From IMG/VR virus record IMGVR_UViG_3300042923_000569, positions 186,001 to 250,000 of that record: 64,000 bases of DNA. One strand, given 5' to 3'. A model generated the notes under the pieces. It saw nothing but the letters and a program-made list of their open reading frames with translations. It searched no databases and was not told the origin of the DNA. The translations under genes and the position numbers were made by a program. Positions 10,479 through 20,318 of this stretch are shown in pieces; the first letter of the stretch is position 1, and the number at the start of each line of letters is the position of its first letter.

Positions 10479-10741
10479 ACAATCACCAATTTTAGCTTTT
10501 TAGTTAGTACTGCTTCTTCTTCACCATCAACAAAAACTTCAATAGTAGAAGTACTTAGCCATAGACCTAAGTCAATATTTTTACCTTCGTACTGCTTAAT
10601 AAAATCTTCACCAAATACATCAGCACGAAGTTTTACGTTATAGAAATAAAGGTCAGACACACCATGTTCGTCCCAATTTTCCCAAGATTCGATTAGTGAA
10701 AATTCAACACCAGAATCATCTTTTTCTGTTTTAATAGTCAT
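10475..10741 (-). CDS. hypothetical protein
   Basis: 88-aa ORF in packed array. Confidence 0.7.
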   Translation of the reverse strand: MTIKTEKDDSGVEFSLIESWENWDEHGVSDLYFYNVKLRADVFGEDFIKQYEGKNIDLGLWLSTSTIEVFVDGEEEAVLTKKLKLVIV

Positions 10742-10742
10742 A

Positions 10743-11114
10743 TTAATATTTCCTAATTACCTCAATCTTTGGATCATCATAACGACGACCACGATATTGA
10801 GAAGTTTCTTGATCTTCGTTCCATCGTTTTTCACAACATTTACATTCAATCACAAACCAGTAAGAATCCTGAGAACGATCATAGTTACCAGTATCAGACT
10901 TAGATTCAATGGTAATGTATTCATGAGTGCATTCTTCTTGAAAACTTAATTGTGCATCTAATGCTTTGGCTAGATTTTCTTGGAGCTTAAGAAACTCCTT
11001 TCGCTTCTCTGCAAATTCTGCACCAAGCTTATCAGCAGCCGTTTGATATTCCATAACGGCTTTTTTGGAACTGAATTCTGTACCGTCAGCAGCTACATAA
11101 ATTTTTTGTGTCAT
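10743..11114 (-). CDS. hypothetical protein, possible Zn-binding
   Basis: CTH...ECKCCEK. Confidence 0.7.
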   Translation of the reverse strand: MTQKIYVAADGTEFSSKKAVMEYQTAADKLGAEFAEKRKEFLKLQENLAKALDAQLSFQEECTHEYITIESKSDTGNYDRSQDSYWFVIECKCCEKRWNEDQETSQYRGRRYDDPKIEVIRKY

Positions 11115-11377
11115 TTCCTTTTCCTTTTTAAGAATTCTTCTTTAATTAACATAGGAATTGTTATAGGCCAAAATAAACCCAAAATAGCCATTATAGCCAT
11201 TCCAAAAACATTGCCCCAATCACGCCAGATGGTAATTCCAATAATGAATGTTAGAAAAATTCCTGCCAAATATATCATTGATATAGTACCTAGAATTTCC
11301 ATCATAATGAAAAGACTTCCATGATTAAAACTATAGGCCAGCATATTCCAGCCATAAGAGAAATAAGAGTTCCACAA
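11111..11377 (-). CDS. small membrane protein
   Basis: two hydrophobic helices, FWP motif; start probably further downstream. Confidence 0.6.
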   Translation of the reverse strand: MWNSYFSYGWNMLAYSFNHGSLFIMMEILGTISMIYLAGIFLTFIIGITIWRDWGNVFGMAIMAILGLFWPITIPMLIKEEFLKRKRK

Positions 11378-11487
11378 ATCATATTGGATATACCCACTGA
11401 ATCTAAAGTAAGTTCAACAAATGTATATGAAAATGCAATGATTCCACACAAAATATAAATGAATATAAAAATTGTTAGTACTGTCAT
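11302..11487 (-). CDS. small membrane protein
   Basis: hydrophobic, CWP motif. Confidence 0.55.
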   Translation of the reverse strand: MTVLTIFIFIYILCGIIAFSYTFVELTLDSVGISNMICGTLISLMAGICWPIVLIMEVFSL

Positions 11488-11720
11488 TTGTTTTCGCCTG
11501 TAATTTTTTCTTTAATTTTTACAAACCAGTATACAGGCCATAGAGCTGCAATCATAAATGCAAAACCCATCATTAATAATCCAAATACAAGTACTAGTGG
11601 ATGATCATCGTCACCGTTAATTCCCATTTCAGTAATAATATCACCGAATGTAACTACTGCCATTATTACATAGAAAATACAGAAAATTCCAATCCAAGAT
11701 AAAATTTCCATTATTCCCAT
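11484..11720 (-). CDS. small membrane protein
   Basis: two helices, LWP motif. Confidence 0.65.
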   Translation of the reverse strand: MGIMEILSWIGIFCIFYVIMAVVTFGDIITEMGINGDDDHPLVLVFGLLMMGFAFMIAALWPVYWFVKIKEKITGENK

Positions 11721-12058
11721 CCTAAATGATAACGCCAGCCTTGTGAACCGAAAGAGTCATCAAGGTCACCAGCATTAAGAACATCGATCATAAATTCGAT
11801 TTCACCAGATACCATATCACCATCAACTGGAGTTCCAGCGGCAATAGCGTCTAGTACTTCAGGCGTTAACGAAGAATAGTTTACAAATAGGTCTTCTTCT
11901 TCTGCACCTTCATAATCGTGATAATCATTATCGTACTGTACTGTTAAATCATAAATGGTTCGCAAATCACGAATAAAAGAATCACGGTCTTCTACATTTC
12001 TGAAGACGCCATTAATTTCAATTTCGTGTTGAAGACTACCGAAGTTACGTTCACTCAT
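11711..12058 (-). CDS. hypothetical acidic protein
   Basis: 115-aa ORF. Confidence 0.7.
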   Translation of the reverse strand: MSERNFGSLQHEIEINGVFRNVEDRDSFIRDLRTIYDLTVQYDNDYHDYEGAEEEDLFVNYSSLTPEVLDAIAAGTPVDGDMVSGEIEFMIDVLNAGDLDDSFGSQGWRYHLGWE

Positions 12059-12318
12059 AGATATTTGTCCATCAAAAAGTCGAATAATTCTTTACTATTT
12101 TTACCAACATACCAGTCAACTAGTTCGTTTTCTTCGTCTTCATCTTCTGGGTGTTCGAAAATTTCAACATGGAAATGTCCCTTAAAATCAACACCAATAC
12201 CGAAGATAAGTTCACCACAAGTATTTTCTTCAATATCCTCTATCATAGAACAGATATAGTCGAATTGTTCTGATTCATTGGCATTAGTTGGAAATTTATA
12301 TTCAGTTGTGTTTTTCAT
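12055..12318 (-). CDS. hypothetical acidic protein
   Basis: 87-aa ORF. Confidence 0.7.
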   Translation of the reverse strand: MKNTTEYKFPTNANESEQFDYICSMIEDIEENTCGELIFGIGVDFKGHFHVEIFEHPEDEDEENELVDWYVGKNSKELFDFLMDKYL

Positions 12319-12477
12319 TACTCTTTCCTAATACTAGTAAAATGATAATAACAAGAAATGGAGAAATGATAAAACTGATAATAGCCCATAGTAAAAATGA
12401 ACGATTATTCTTTTCTGTAATACAGAACATCACGTAGTAAGTGATTAGTAGGATAATTACGTAAATTGCAGTTGCCA

Positions 12478-12741
12478 TTATTCTTTACCTACTGAAACAT
12501 GATGTAGTACTGCTACAGTTTTAAATTCTTCTTCAGAATTGCCATTCAGATCAACAATCTTAACTTTAAGACCGTCAAGTGAATTATTTGCGTGGTACTT
12601 TTCCATTAGTGCTACATCATGGGTATCCGAAACAATATCAACTGCTTCACCAGTACGTTCAGCAATGAACTTAGCAACTTCAACTGCTAGGGTTGTTTTA
12701 CCTGAATGTACTGTATCTGACGTAATATTAACTGTAATCAT
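12478..12741 (-). CDS. small protein with P-loop-like motif
   Basis: HSGKTT near the N terminus. Confidence 0.6.
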   Translation of the reverse strand: MITVNITSDTVHSGKTTLAVEVAKFIAERTGEAVDIVSDTHDVALMEKYHANNSLDGLKVKIVDLNGNSEEEFKTVAVLHHVSVGKE

Positions 12742-12944
12742 TAATTATCCTCTAAATCTTGAATTTTTATACCTTCGCTTAAAATTTGTTTGCGTGGGTA
12801 TTTGTGTTGATAATACTTTAGACCATCATCGTGATCACGAAATGCACCTAGATTAGTACGACACATTTCATAAACTGCACCATCTGAATCGTGGTCTACG
12901 ATATCAGATTGTTCATAATAAAAAAGATAAACTAGCATATACAC
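12741..12944 (-). CDS. hypothetical protein
   Basis: AATTGAGAGG leader. Confidence 0.6.
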   Translation of the reverse strand: MYMLVYLFYYEQSDIVDHDSDGAVYEMCRTNLGAFRDHDDGLKYYQHKYPRKQILSEGIKIQDLEDN

Positions 12945-12980
12945 CTCTCAATTAAAATGGGGTACTTAGTACCCCTAGTA

Positions 12981-13196
12981 TTACTCAGCAGGATTTCCAG
13001 CCGAAGTAATATAACTTACTTTAATAACATACTCTGGTGATGGATATTCACGCTCTAAATCAGCACGAATACCACCAGAAACAGACGTCTTACCTACCCA
13101 ATGAGAATCAGTATGGGTAACAATATCATGAAGACTGTAAGAACGGTTTTCTTCATTGTTACTTTTATAAATGCTATATACTACATGAATTGCCAT
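12981..13196 (-). CDS. hypothetical protein
   Basis: 71-aa ORF with AAGGA RBS. Confidence 0.65.
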   Translation of the reverse strand: MAIHVVYSIYKSNNEENRSYSLHDIVTHTDSHWVGKTSVSGGIRADLEREYPSPEYVIKVSYITSAGNPAE

Positions 13197-13205
13197 TTTG
13201 TTTCC

Positions 13206-14144
13206 TTAGAAATCGCCCGGATTGACTTGATAGACTTTTAGACCCAATAGCTTACGCCACATGTCAACAACTTTGGTGCGATCATCAAATACTTTAACTA
13301 CTTTATATTCAGTACTTACATGATTCATAAACAACTCATACTTAACAATATCATCAGGGCGGTTATCATCCGCAGCACGCATGTAGATATGGTCATAAGG
13401 AACACCGTATTTCTGCAACCACTTCTCAGTATCTTCTTTGCAAGTTTCATGGCGACCACTCATGATGATTACCTTACGACCAAGATAGTTCTTTTCTGCC
13501 ATAACAGAAAAGATAACTTCAGGATCTGGATCATCAAGTAGTACTTTGTTTTCTTCATATGGACCACGTTTACCTTCCATATGAGCAAGAGTACCGTCAA
13601 TATCTACAATGATTGCTTCTTCCAAGCCAGAATCATAAGTGAATTTTGGTAAGACACTGTACAAGTACTTTTCTGCCATACCATCAATAACTTCTTCAGG
13701 TACGGACTTTTCCCGCATTAAGTTACGTTCTTTACACTGCTTAACATAATCTTTAATAGCGAAGAATTCATGTACGAAAGTTTTATCCTTCTTAAATTCA
13801 GTAAAGAAGTTTTGTTCTTTATAAGTGTAATTGTGTTCGCGTGCAAATTCTTTCCACTTATTACGTACTGCCGGATTTAAGTTGGTATCACCAACGATAA
13901 TGTTCCAGTTATTCAAAGCTGCATGTTTAGCTGCACTGTACTGAGCGTCTTGCACGTACTGTTCATTGTCTTTGCGGAACTTATAGTTTTGGTGTGATCC
14001 AGCCATAGTCTGGCGAATGTCGTCTAAGTTTACGATTACCGTTTTAGAACGAGCACTTTTTACATGTTCTTTCGCCCAGGTCGTTTTACCGCAACCTGGT
14101 GGTCCTACTGTTACTGTCAATACTGGCATGTTTTCCAATTCCAA
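13206..14144 (-). CDS. pseT: polynucleotide 5'-kinase / 3'-phosphatase (T4 PseT-like)
   Basis: GPPGCGKTT Walker A; HAD motifs DIDGT, SGR, FDDR. Confidence 0.92.
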   Translation of the reverse strand: MELENMPVLTVTVGPPGCGKTTWAKEHVKSARSKTVIVNLDDIRQTMAGSHQNYKFRKDNEQYVQDAQYSAAKHAALNNWNIIVGDTNLNPAVRNKWKEFAREHNYTYKEQNFFTEFKKDKTFVHEFFAIKDYVKQCKERNLMREKSVPEEVIDGMAEKYLYSVLPKFTYDSGLEEAIIVDIDGTLAHMEGKRGPYEENKVLLDDPDPEVIFSVMAEKNYLGRKVIIMSGRHETCKEDTEKWLQKYGVPYDHIYMRAADDNRPDDIVKYELFMNHVSTEYKVVKVFDDRTKVVDMWRKLLGLKVYQVNPGDF

Positions 14145-14340
14145 ATTTGTCAGAGAAATTTCTTAGTACTCGTTCTGATACACGAATACTCGCAGTGTCA
14201 TTCCTGGAGCTATATTTTAAAGGTGTCCATGATAGACCATTTGCATCTAAAAACTTTAATGCACGAAAATAATCTTTAAGTGTATTAAATTTAATTACAG
14301 TCATGTCCTGTTCAATGCTATGGCTTATTTCAACTTTCAT
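14086..14340 (-). CDS. hypothetical protein
   Basis: 84-aa ORF with GGAG RBS. Confidence 0.6.
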   Translation of the reverse strand: MKVEISHSIEQDMTVIKFNTLKDYFRALKFLDANGLSWTPLKYSSRNDTASIRVSERVLRNFSDKFGIGKHASIDSNSRTTRLR

Positions 14341-14349
14341 GGAATTCTC

Positions 14350-14580
14350 CTAAATGATTATGTACTTGTCACAGTATTTCATCGTTAGATTGAAGAATGC
14401 TCCTTCATCGAAATAAAATTCTTCATCAACGATAAAAGCTATGTCACCAATATTTTTTACGTATCCAAGCATCTCATTTTTTTCAACGATGCTTAAAGTT
14501 TTAGCTGGAATAACAGAAAATTCATGTTCTTTATATAAGACTTTGACTGTTTGTATTGTTTCCAATTTACTCACGTGCAA
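14350..14580 (-). CDS. hypothetical protein
   Basis: 76-aa ORF. Confidence 0.55.
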   Translation of the reverse strand: MHVSKLETIQTVKVLYKEHEFSVIPAKTLSIVEKNEMLGYVKNIGDIAFIVDEEFYFDEGAFFNLTMKYCDKYIII

Positions 14581-14806
14581 ATCTTCCTATATCATAAATT
14601 TTAGGTTTTTTGTTTTTGGGCTTACGTTCCTTCTTATACATAGTACTGCTAACACCAAAAGTATTTTTAAGACGCTTTGCAGACTTAACCACACCATTCC
14701 TTGAGCGGTCACTTTGCACAGCGTCTATCTCTTGTAGTATTCTTCTATGTTCTTCAGGAGTTCTTACGTCGCCCTTTTTTACTTTGTACTTAGGTTTAGC
14801 CATCAC
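14567..14806 (-). CDS. small basic protein
   Basis: Lys/Arg-rich, AAGGAG RBS. Confidence 0.65.
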   Translation of the reverse strand: MMAKPKYKVKKGDVRTPEEHRRILQEIDAVQSDRSRNGVVKSAKRLKNTFGVSSTMYKKERKPKNKKPKIYDIGRFARE

Positions 14807-14833
14807 TACTCCTTGTTAGGCTATGTTACGAAC

Positions 14834-15994
14834 TTAAACTTCAAACTCCTTAAGAACGTCTTTCATGTACTTTAACATGATAGCTTTATAATCTACGGGC
14901 TTAGAATTATAAAGTGAGAACGCAATACCAGGCATTCCAAGTTCGTTAGGTAATACCTTCTGTACTTGAATTGCATAATCTTTTCGTTCTAAATTTTTAT
15001 TTTCATTGTAAAATGATTCAGATTCACTTACTAGCTTATTATAGCAGGAAAATACAAGCTGTTCCATTTTTTCGATCTTTTTCATTGCGTACAAATCTGT
15101 ACTAAACATCTGCTTAAGATCATCTGATGCACCGGTAATCACTGCACCATATAAACGAGAATCAACATTAATGCTGTCCTTTGTAAAGTGTAGAGCACTA
15201 TACCAATCAGTCTTAACCTTACAAATACGACCATCTTTTAGAATGATAATATAACCTTCAATGTCATGCATTTCACGTACTGCATCAATGCTTTCAATTA
15301 AAGTCTCTTTCATTGGGAAAGTACTATCAATATCACCGTGTTTAGCCGACACAGAACGCTTGTACAAGCCCGGAAATGCATCTTTAAGGCGTTCACCCAC
15401 TAACATTTCACCGGTCTGACGATGGCGTACATTAAGCACAGTAAGGCCATCTTCCTGATACGGAAGAACAATACGGTACTCAGGTGAGGTATATTCTAAA
15501 TTTACAGTGAATCCTAGAATTTCTGCCTGATAGATTTCTTCGTAGAATTCTTTATCCTTGTGTAGCATTGCAGTACTGTTAATAGCATGGTCAGAATATA
15601 ATGATGCCTGGGACTTAGTACGTACTTTATAATCTGCATCCATGAAGGTACTGATAATAGAGCCGTCAAGTTTATCCATTACTACTGCAATCTCAGAACT
15701 TAAAGTACTTTTATCAAACATAGTGAATGGGTTTTCATATGCATTGAAAAACTTCATTGGTGGTCTAGAAACCAAACGAATAAAAGAACCTTTATCATTA
15801 CCTTGAGGATCTACTTCAAACATTGAACCACGGCATTCTAAAGCATTAGGCTCTAGAAAGTCAGTATAGCTTGCAAGACGATATGAGAAAATACGGAATG
15901 TGCCACCGCCAGCAGAAGTGAAGTCTTTCCATGAGAAAGCATCGTTCTTTGCGGTTAAAGCCATCAGATCGTTAAAAATAGTTTCAGTGCTCAT
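14834..15994 (-). CDS. rnlA: RNA ligase 1 (T4 gp63-like)
   Basis: ALECRG, PMKFFN, KLDGS adenylation motif, EGY, KVKTDWY. Confidence 0.9.
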   Translation of the reverse strand: MSTETIFNDLMALTAKNDAFSWKDFTSAGGGTFRIFSYRLASYTDFLEPNALECRGSMFEVDPQGNDKGSFIRLVSRPPMKFFNAYENPFTMFDKSTLSSEIAVVMDKLDGSIISTFMDADYKVRTKSQASLYSDHAINSTAMLHKDKEFYEEIYQAEILGFTVNLEYTSPEYRIVLPYQEDGLTVLNVRHRQTGEMLVGERLKDAFPGLYKRSVSAKHGDIDSTFPMKETLIESIDAVREMHDIEGYIIILKDGRICKVKTDWYSALHFTKDSINVDSRLYGAVITGASDDLKQMFSTDLYAMKKIEKMEQLVFSCYNKLVSESESFYNENKNLERKDYAIQVQKVLPNELGMPGIAFSLYNSKPVDYKAIMLKYMKDVLKEFEV

Positions 15995-16003
15995 TTTAAA
16001 CCC

Positions 16004-16318
16004 TTATTTGGTTTCGTAATCATCATTTACAAATGAATCTAAATCATAATATAAATTATCTGCACTAATTTGTGCCAGTAGTTCAGTACTTTCTTTGATT
16101 TGATTAATATTACCGTCAGAATCTACAAGAAAAATATTATCAGCATCACACTTAATTTCTTGGCGATTTTCACCATAAATCTTAATGCTGCGTCTAAGTG
16201 TATATTCTTTCTGTCCAGTTTTCTTCGTAACAATTGTTCCATCTTCTAAATCAGAAGCCTGGATAATAACCTTAAAGACACTTGGCATTGTTTTAAAATG
16301 TATCATTCTTATATCCAA
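16004..16318 (-). CDS. hypothetical protein
   Basis: ~100-aa ORF. Confidence 0.65.
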   Translation of the reverse strand: MDIRMIHFKTMPSVFKVIIQASDLEDGTIVTKKTGQKEYTLRRSIKIYGENRQEIKCDADNIFLVDSDGNINQIKESTELLAQISADNLYYDLDSFVNDDYETK

Positions 16319-16341
16319 AAAAAGCCCCGATTAGACGGGGC
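16317..16341 (-). terminator. intrinsic terminator
   Basis: GCCCCG-loop-CGGGGC followed by a T run on the minus strand. Confidence 0.65.
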
Positions 16342-16348
16342 ATAATAA

Positions 16349-17089
16349 TTAATACAATTCAACCATTCCCATCAAGACAGAATCATCTGGACGTGAATAT
16401 TGTTGTTTCGCAATTTTGAAATAAAATGAATCGGCGTTTTCTAAACAGTATCGCTTCTTCAAACATCTCGTATATGTTTGGTTATTAGGATGAACCCATT
16501 CGTAAATCTGAATTCCTTCATCATTATAACCAATTATTGATGTACGGTTTCCTTCATGACGGTTAAAGTTTTTACTCCTTTCAGTAAAGTACTTTACCTC
16601 GACGACTTCTGGCTCGTCATAAACATAAGGCATTTCAGTTAAACGAAAATAATAATAAGTCTCATCTTCAGAATATCCTAATAGAACTGTTTCAGTACTG
16701 CTAATACCATAGTGCTGTAAGCTCTTTGACTCATTATCTTTTATATCTGCAAGTACCTCTCTTAGTACTTGTACCGGTTCTCCATTAGGATCAGAAACTC
16801 CAGCAACCCTACGTTCAATAATAGGGTCAGTATATCTACGTTCTTCCTGAACTACACCGTTCATATATAGACCAACGAAATCATCCTTATATGTTTTTAC
16901 TGAGTACTGAGTACTGTTTAAAGTACTATATACATCAGCCAACATATTAGCCTGTCCACACTGTACACCATCAACAGCTCCAGCAGTTGCGTATTCTGCC
17001 ATTACTGATGTTAAGGTTTGAAAGTTGGACATGTTTAGTTCGTTAGCCATTTCTGTTGCAAATTTAATACGATCAATCATCGCACACAC
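16349..17089 (-). CDS. hypothetical protein
   Basis: 246-aa ORF with AAGGAG RBS. Confidence 0.75.
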   Translation of the reverse strand: MCAMIDRIKFATEMANELNMSNFQTLTSVMAEYATAGAVDGVQCGQANMLADVYSTLNSTQYSVKTYKDDFVGLYMNGVVQEERRYTDPIIERRVAGVSDPNGEPVQVLREVLADIKDNESKSLQHYGISSTETVLLGYSEDETYYYFRLTEMPYVYDEPEVVEVKYFTERSKNFNRHEGNRTSIIGYNDEGIQIYEWVHPNNQTYTRCLKKRYCLENADSFYFKIAKQQYSRPDDSVLMGMVELY

Positions 17090-17152
17090 TCCTTGTGTTT
17101 AAAATCTGCTGTCTCTCCCTTAAAAAAATCCCCGAATTAACGGGGAAAGATA

Positions 17153-18247
17153 TTAATCTAATTCTTTAATAGCAAGTAGTTTAATATTACCTGAAATTGT
17201 AAGTCCTTGATGAGTCATATCAAATTTACAATCATCTTCAACTTCAATAACTGCTGCATAATAGGCATTACTAGTTCTATAGTAGTAAGCTGATGGAACG
17301 TCATCAATACTTGGATAAACAGTAACATCTTTTCTGAAGTAACTAGATTGATCTAACGTAAATGTTTGTTCGTGATTATTGTTATCAACATATACACCAT
17401 TAATCTTACGAATGTACTTAAAGAAAATACGCTGATTAGCATATGGATTTCCTAGTACTGTAAAGAATAACATTTCAATCGTTGGGTTGGTAGCAGTTGG
17501 CTTATCCAGATATTCATGTACTGTTTCGATCATAGAAAAAGCATCTTCCATTGTAAAAGGTACTGAATGGTCGAAGAATTCTGATACATCAATACCATAG
17601 AAACCACTTAGCTGATCTTCCAATTCTTCCCATGAAGTAATGTTCAGATCACTAATAGCCATTCCGATCTTGAACATTTCTTTCTTAGAAATCTTATAAC
17701 CACGCTCTAAGTATTTTGAAACACGTAGGGAACTCATGATAGGATAACGAGTACCTTTATTAAAAGTTAGTCTACGTTCTGCAATGTCAGTTACAAACTT
17801 ATCGTGCAAAACGAATTGCGAAGTACTGAAATCATATGCAGCCATATTGATATGGAAATCATAACTTTTAAATATATCAGTCACATCTTGAAAGAAATCA
17901 AAATGGATTAATTGAAGTACTAAATCGTTATGAGTGAAGGTTATACTTCTGGAAGTGTGATTTTGACAGGTAAATTCAAAAGTACTCATATCCAAAAAAT
18001 CTTCTTCAGACAATGGGAAAGGATCTTCCCCGTCTTCCAAATCACCCTCACTGTTATAAGCATTACGAATGAAGGTGATAATATCTTTTTTGGATCTGAA
18101 ATAAATGTCATAGTCATTTACTTCTGCACCAGAAAAGATTGATGTAATTGCACCACCAGCAATAATTGCGTTTGTAGTGGTAAGCATACTAATTGCATCT
18201 TCTCCTAGATTGCGAAGAAGTGTGTTTTTGTGTCGTCCTAGATTCAT
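17153..18247 (-). CDS. Pol-beta superfamily nucleotidyltransferase (CCA/poly(A)-polymerase head-like)
   Basis: IAGGAITS...NDYDIYF, YDFHIN, RVSKYLERGY. Confidence 0.7.
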   Translation of the reverse strand: MNLGRHKNTLLRNLGEDAISMLTTTNAIIAGGAITSIFSGAEVNDYDIYFRSKKDIITFIRNAYNSEGDLEDGEDPFPLSEEDFLDMSTFEFTCQNHTSRSITFTHNDLVLQLIHFDFFQDVTDIFKSYDFHINMAAYDFSTSQFVLHDKFVTDIAERRLTFNKGTRYPIMSSLRVSKYLERGYKISKKEMFKIGMAISDLNITSWEELEDQLSGFYGIDVSEFFDHSVPFTMEDAFSMIETVHEYLDKPTATNPTIEMLFFTVLGNPYANQRIFFKYIRKINGVYVDNNNHEQTFTLDQSSYFRKDVTVYPSIDDVPSAYYYRTSNAYYAAVIEVEDDCKFDMTHQGLTISGNIKLLAIKELD

Positions 18248-18435
18248 TTACTAAGTTCTTTCCATTGTTTAATTATGTCATATATAAAAAATCCTGTTCC
18301 TAGTGAACTAATACTAATAGATACACCAGCAAGTATATGAGCTATTTCTAGCTCACCAGTACTTGTATATAGAAACCACGTACAAGCCCATAACAAGATT
18401 AAAGATAGGGCTTGTACAACTAAAACCGTCTTCAT
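18244..18435 (-). CDS. small membrane protein
   Basis: two hydrophobic segments. Confidence 0.6.
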   Translation of the reverse strand: MKTVLVVQALSLILLWACTWFLYTSTGELEIAHILAGVSISISSLGTGFFIYDIIKQWKELSK

Positions 18436-19295
18436 TATTGAGCCACAGCCTTACCATAATCAGGTGCATATTCTTGAACAATCTGCACAAATTTACGGAT
18501 GGTACGGACTTCAGTTAGAAGCATGAATTTTAGTACTTCGTATACTTCACGTTGATTGAAGTTGTTTTTGGCATCCTTCATCATATCTAGGAAGTACATT
18601 TCAACTTCATCACAATACTCAACAAGCTTAGCTGGTTTAAATACACCAACAGCAGTACTGAGATTATGAATACGGTCAATTAGTTTTACAACTGAACAGA
18701 CTTCACAATTAGAAACCTGTTGGAAATATCCATAATATTGTTCACTACCCTGATCCTTAAATTTAGATAGAATACGGCTGTACTTAACAACATCAGGGAA
18801 CATTTCGTGCAATTCATTTTCCCATTCAGGATAATCTTCAATGGTATCATGAATGATAATACCCATATACACATCGTAAGGCTTAAGAAGAGAGCTATGT
18901 AAACTAAGTGCCAAGCTCAACATTTCAAGTTGATGTGAAAATTCTGGATTACCATCTTTACGTTCATTGCAATGTACTTGCTCTGCAAAAGTGATTGCAC
19001 GACGAACATCAAAGTACTTTGGTTCTGCCAAAGTAAGACCTTCGATAATACCAAGTACTTTAGTGCGTAGTTTGTTATATTCTGTCTTTTCCATACGATC
19101 TACCTCTTCGTCGGTTTGATTCAACATATAAGCTGGCATTGGTTTTCCGTTATAAATCACATACTCACCAGTTTCTAGCTTACGTTGTGCAATGTTCGCA
19201 GATGCCTTTTTAAGACGACGATGAAGCCGGTCGCTTAACTCATCTGCTGTTAGAATTTTATCGTCCACGTTTACCTTTGATACGTTCTTCGCCAC
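18435..19295 (-). CDS. HD-domain (p)ppGpp hydrolase, RelA/SpoT/Mesh1-like
   Basis: H...RKDGNP...H, IIHDTIED, VKLIDRIHNL. Confidence 0.8.
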   Translation of the reverse strand: MAKNVSKVNVDDKILTADELSDRLHRRLKKASANIAQRKLETGEYVIYNGKPMPAYMLNQTDEEVDRMEKTEYNKLRTKVLGIIEGLTLAEPKYFDVRRAITFAEQVHCNERKDGNPEFSHQLEMLSLALSLHSSLLKPYDVYMGIIIHDTIEDYPEWENELHEMFPDVVKYSRILSKFKDQGSEQYYGYFQQVSNCEVCSVVKLIDRIHNLSTAVGVFKPAKLVEYCDEVEMYFLDMMKDAKNNFNQREVYEVLKFMLLTEVRTIRKFVQIVQEYAPDYGKAVAQ

Positions 19296-19464
19296 GTTTA
19301 ACCAAATCAGTAATGAGTACTTTTAACTCATTAGCAGCTTCGGTAATACTTGATAGATGATCTTTAAAGGTCATTTGTTCAAGTTCTTTTCGTGTTTTCT
19401 TACGCGAATTAGTTTTTTTCTTTTTCATAAGCTCACAACATGTCATTAACATTAAGTACTTCAA
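19258..19464 (-). CDS. small basic protein
   Basis: ORF filling the gap; start probably MKKKK. Confidence 0.5.
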   Translation of the reverse strand: MKYLMLMTCCELMKKKKTNSRKKTRKELEQMTFKDHLSSITEAANELKVLITDLVKRGEERIKGKRGR

Positions 19465-20023
19465 CTAGTGGATTGCTGAAGTCTTTAAATACGTCCATTT
19501 CACATTCTTCCACTACTAATGCAAACTTCATCATTGCATCAAAATCAGGTGGAACGTCACCCCATTCAACACCTAGCAGATTGCGAATTTTCTCAATAGC
19601 TTCAGTGAATTGTTCTGGATCGATAAAGTCCATGATCAATGAACAAATGGCTCCACGCGAATCACCAAAAGTACAATTCAACTGCCGTCCACCTTCAACC
19701 CGAACCCAAATATCAGTACTAAGTTTAGTTTTAATGTGGTCGTAAATGTCACGAACTAAAGTGTGGTTACGTTCGATAATCAACCGGCGTGATTCTAAAC
19801 ATTCAAGAATATATGATACATCCGCATCGATTTCATAGTCGCCCATGTCGTCAATAGCATATTGCACACCATCATGATAGATGCTGTACATATAATCCCC
19901 ATCCTTCCAGTTACCACGTACTGTCCGTGGGACGATTCCCATACGTAAGTACTTTGTATACGTATTAGTCATGACACTCGTCATTCTTCTTTTCCTTTTT
20001 AAATTTAGTCTAGATGCTATCAA
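19433..20023 (-). CDS. hypothetical protein
   Basis: ~185-aa ORF. Confidence 0.7.
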   Translation of the reverse strand: MIASRLNLKRKRRMTSVMTNTYTKYLRMGIVPRTVRGNWKDGDYMYSIYHDGVQYAIDDMGDYEIDADVSYILECLESRRLIIERNHTLVRDIYDHIKTKLSTDIWVRVEGGRQLNCTFGDSRGAICSLIMDFIDPEQFTEAIEKIRNLLGVEWGDVPPDFDAMMKFALVVEECEMDVFKDFSNPLVEVLNVNDML

Positions 20024-20318
20024 CCTTCTCTTGTATTGTCAAGAGAAATAGCTGAATTTCTTCGATTTTTATTTCGTTTGTGCATAAAAACGCCATTAAT
20101 TCAGGAAGTACATAAAACAACTTAGCGAACGAACTAATTTCAGATTGATTAAACGAGAATCCCATTGGTATAACACTGGAATTCCATACACCTTCGATTC
20201 TGTGCGATACTACTGCCATTATCACCCGATCACCGTACTCAACCGAAACATGCCGATAACCTGTCTGCTCATTCTCTTCCCAAAACATGTGGCTCGTTTT
20301 AAAAACCATACTTCTCAC
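20010..20318 (-). CDS. hypothetical protein
   Basis: ~100-aa ORF. Confidence 0.65.
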   Translation of the reverse strand: MRSMVFKTSHMFWEENEQTGYRHVSVEYGDRVIMAVVSHRIEGVWNSSVIPMGFSFNQSEISSFAKLFYVLPELMAFLCTNEIKIEEIQLFLLTIQEKVDSI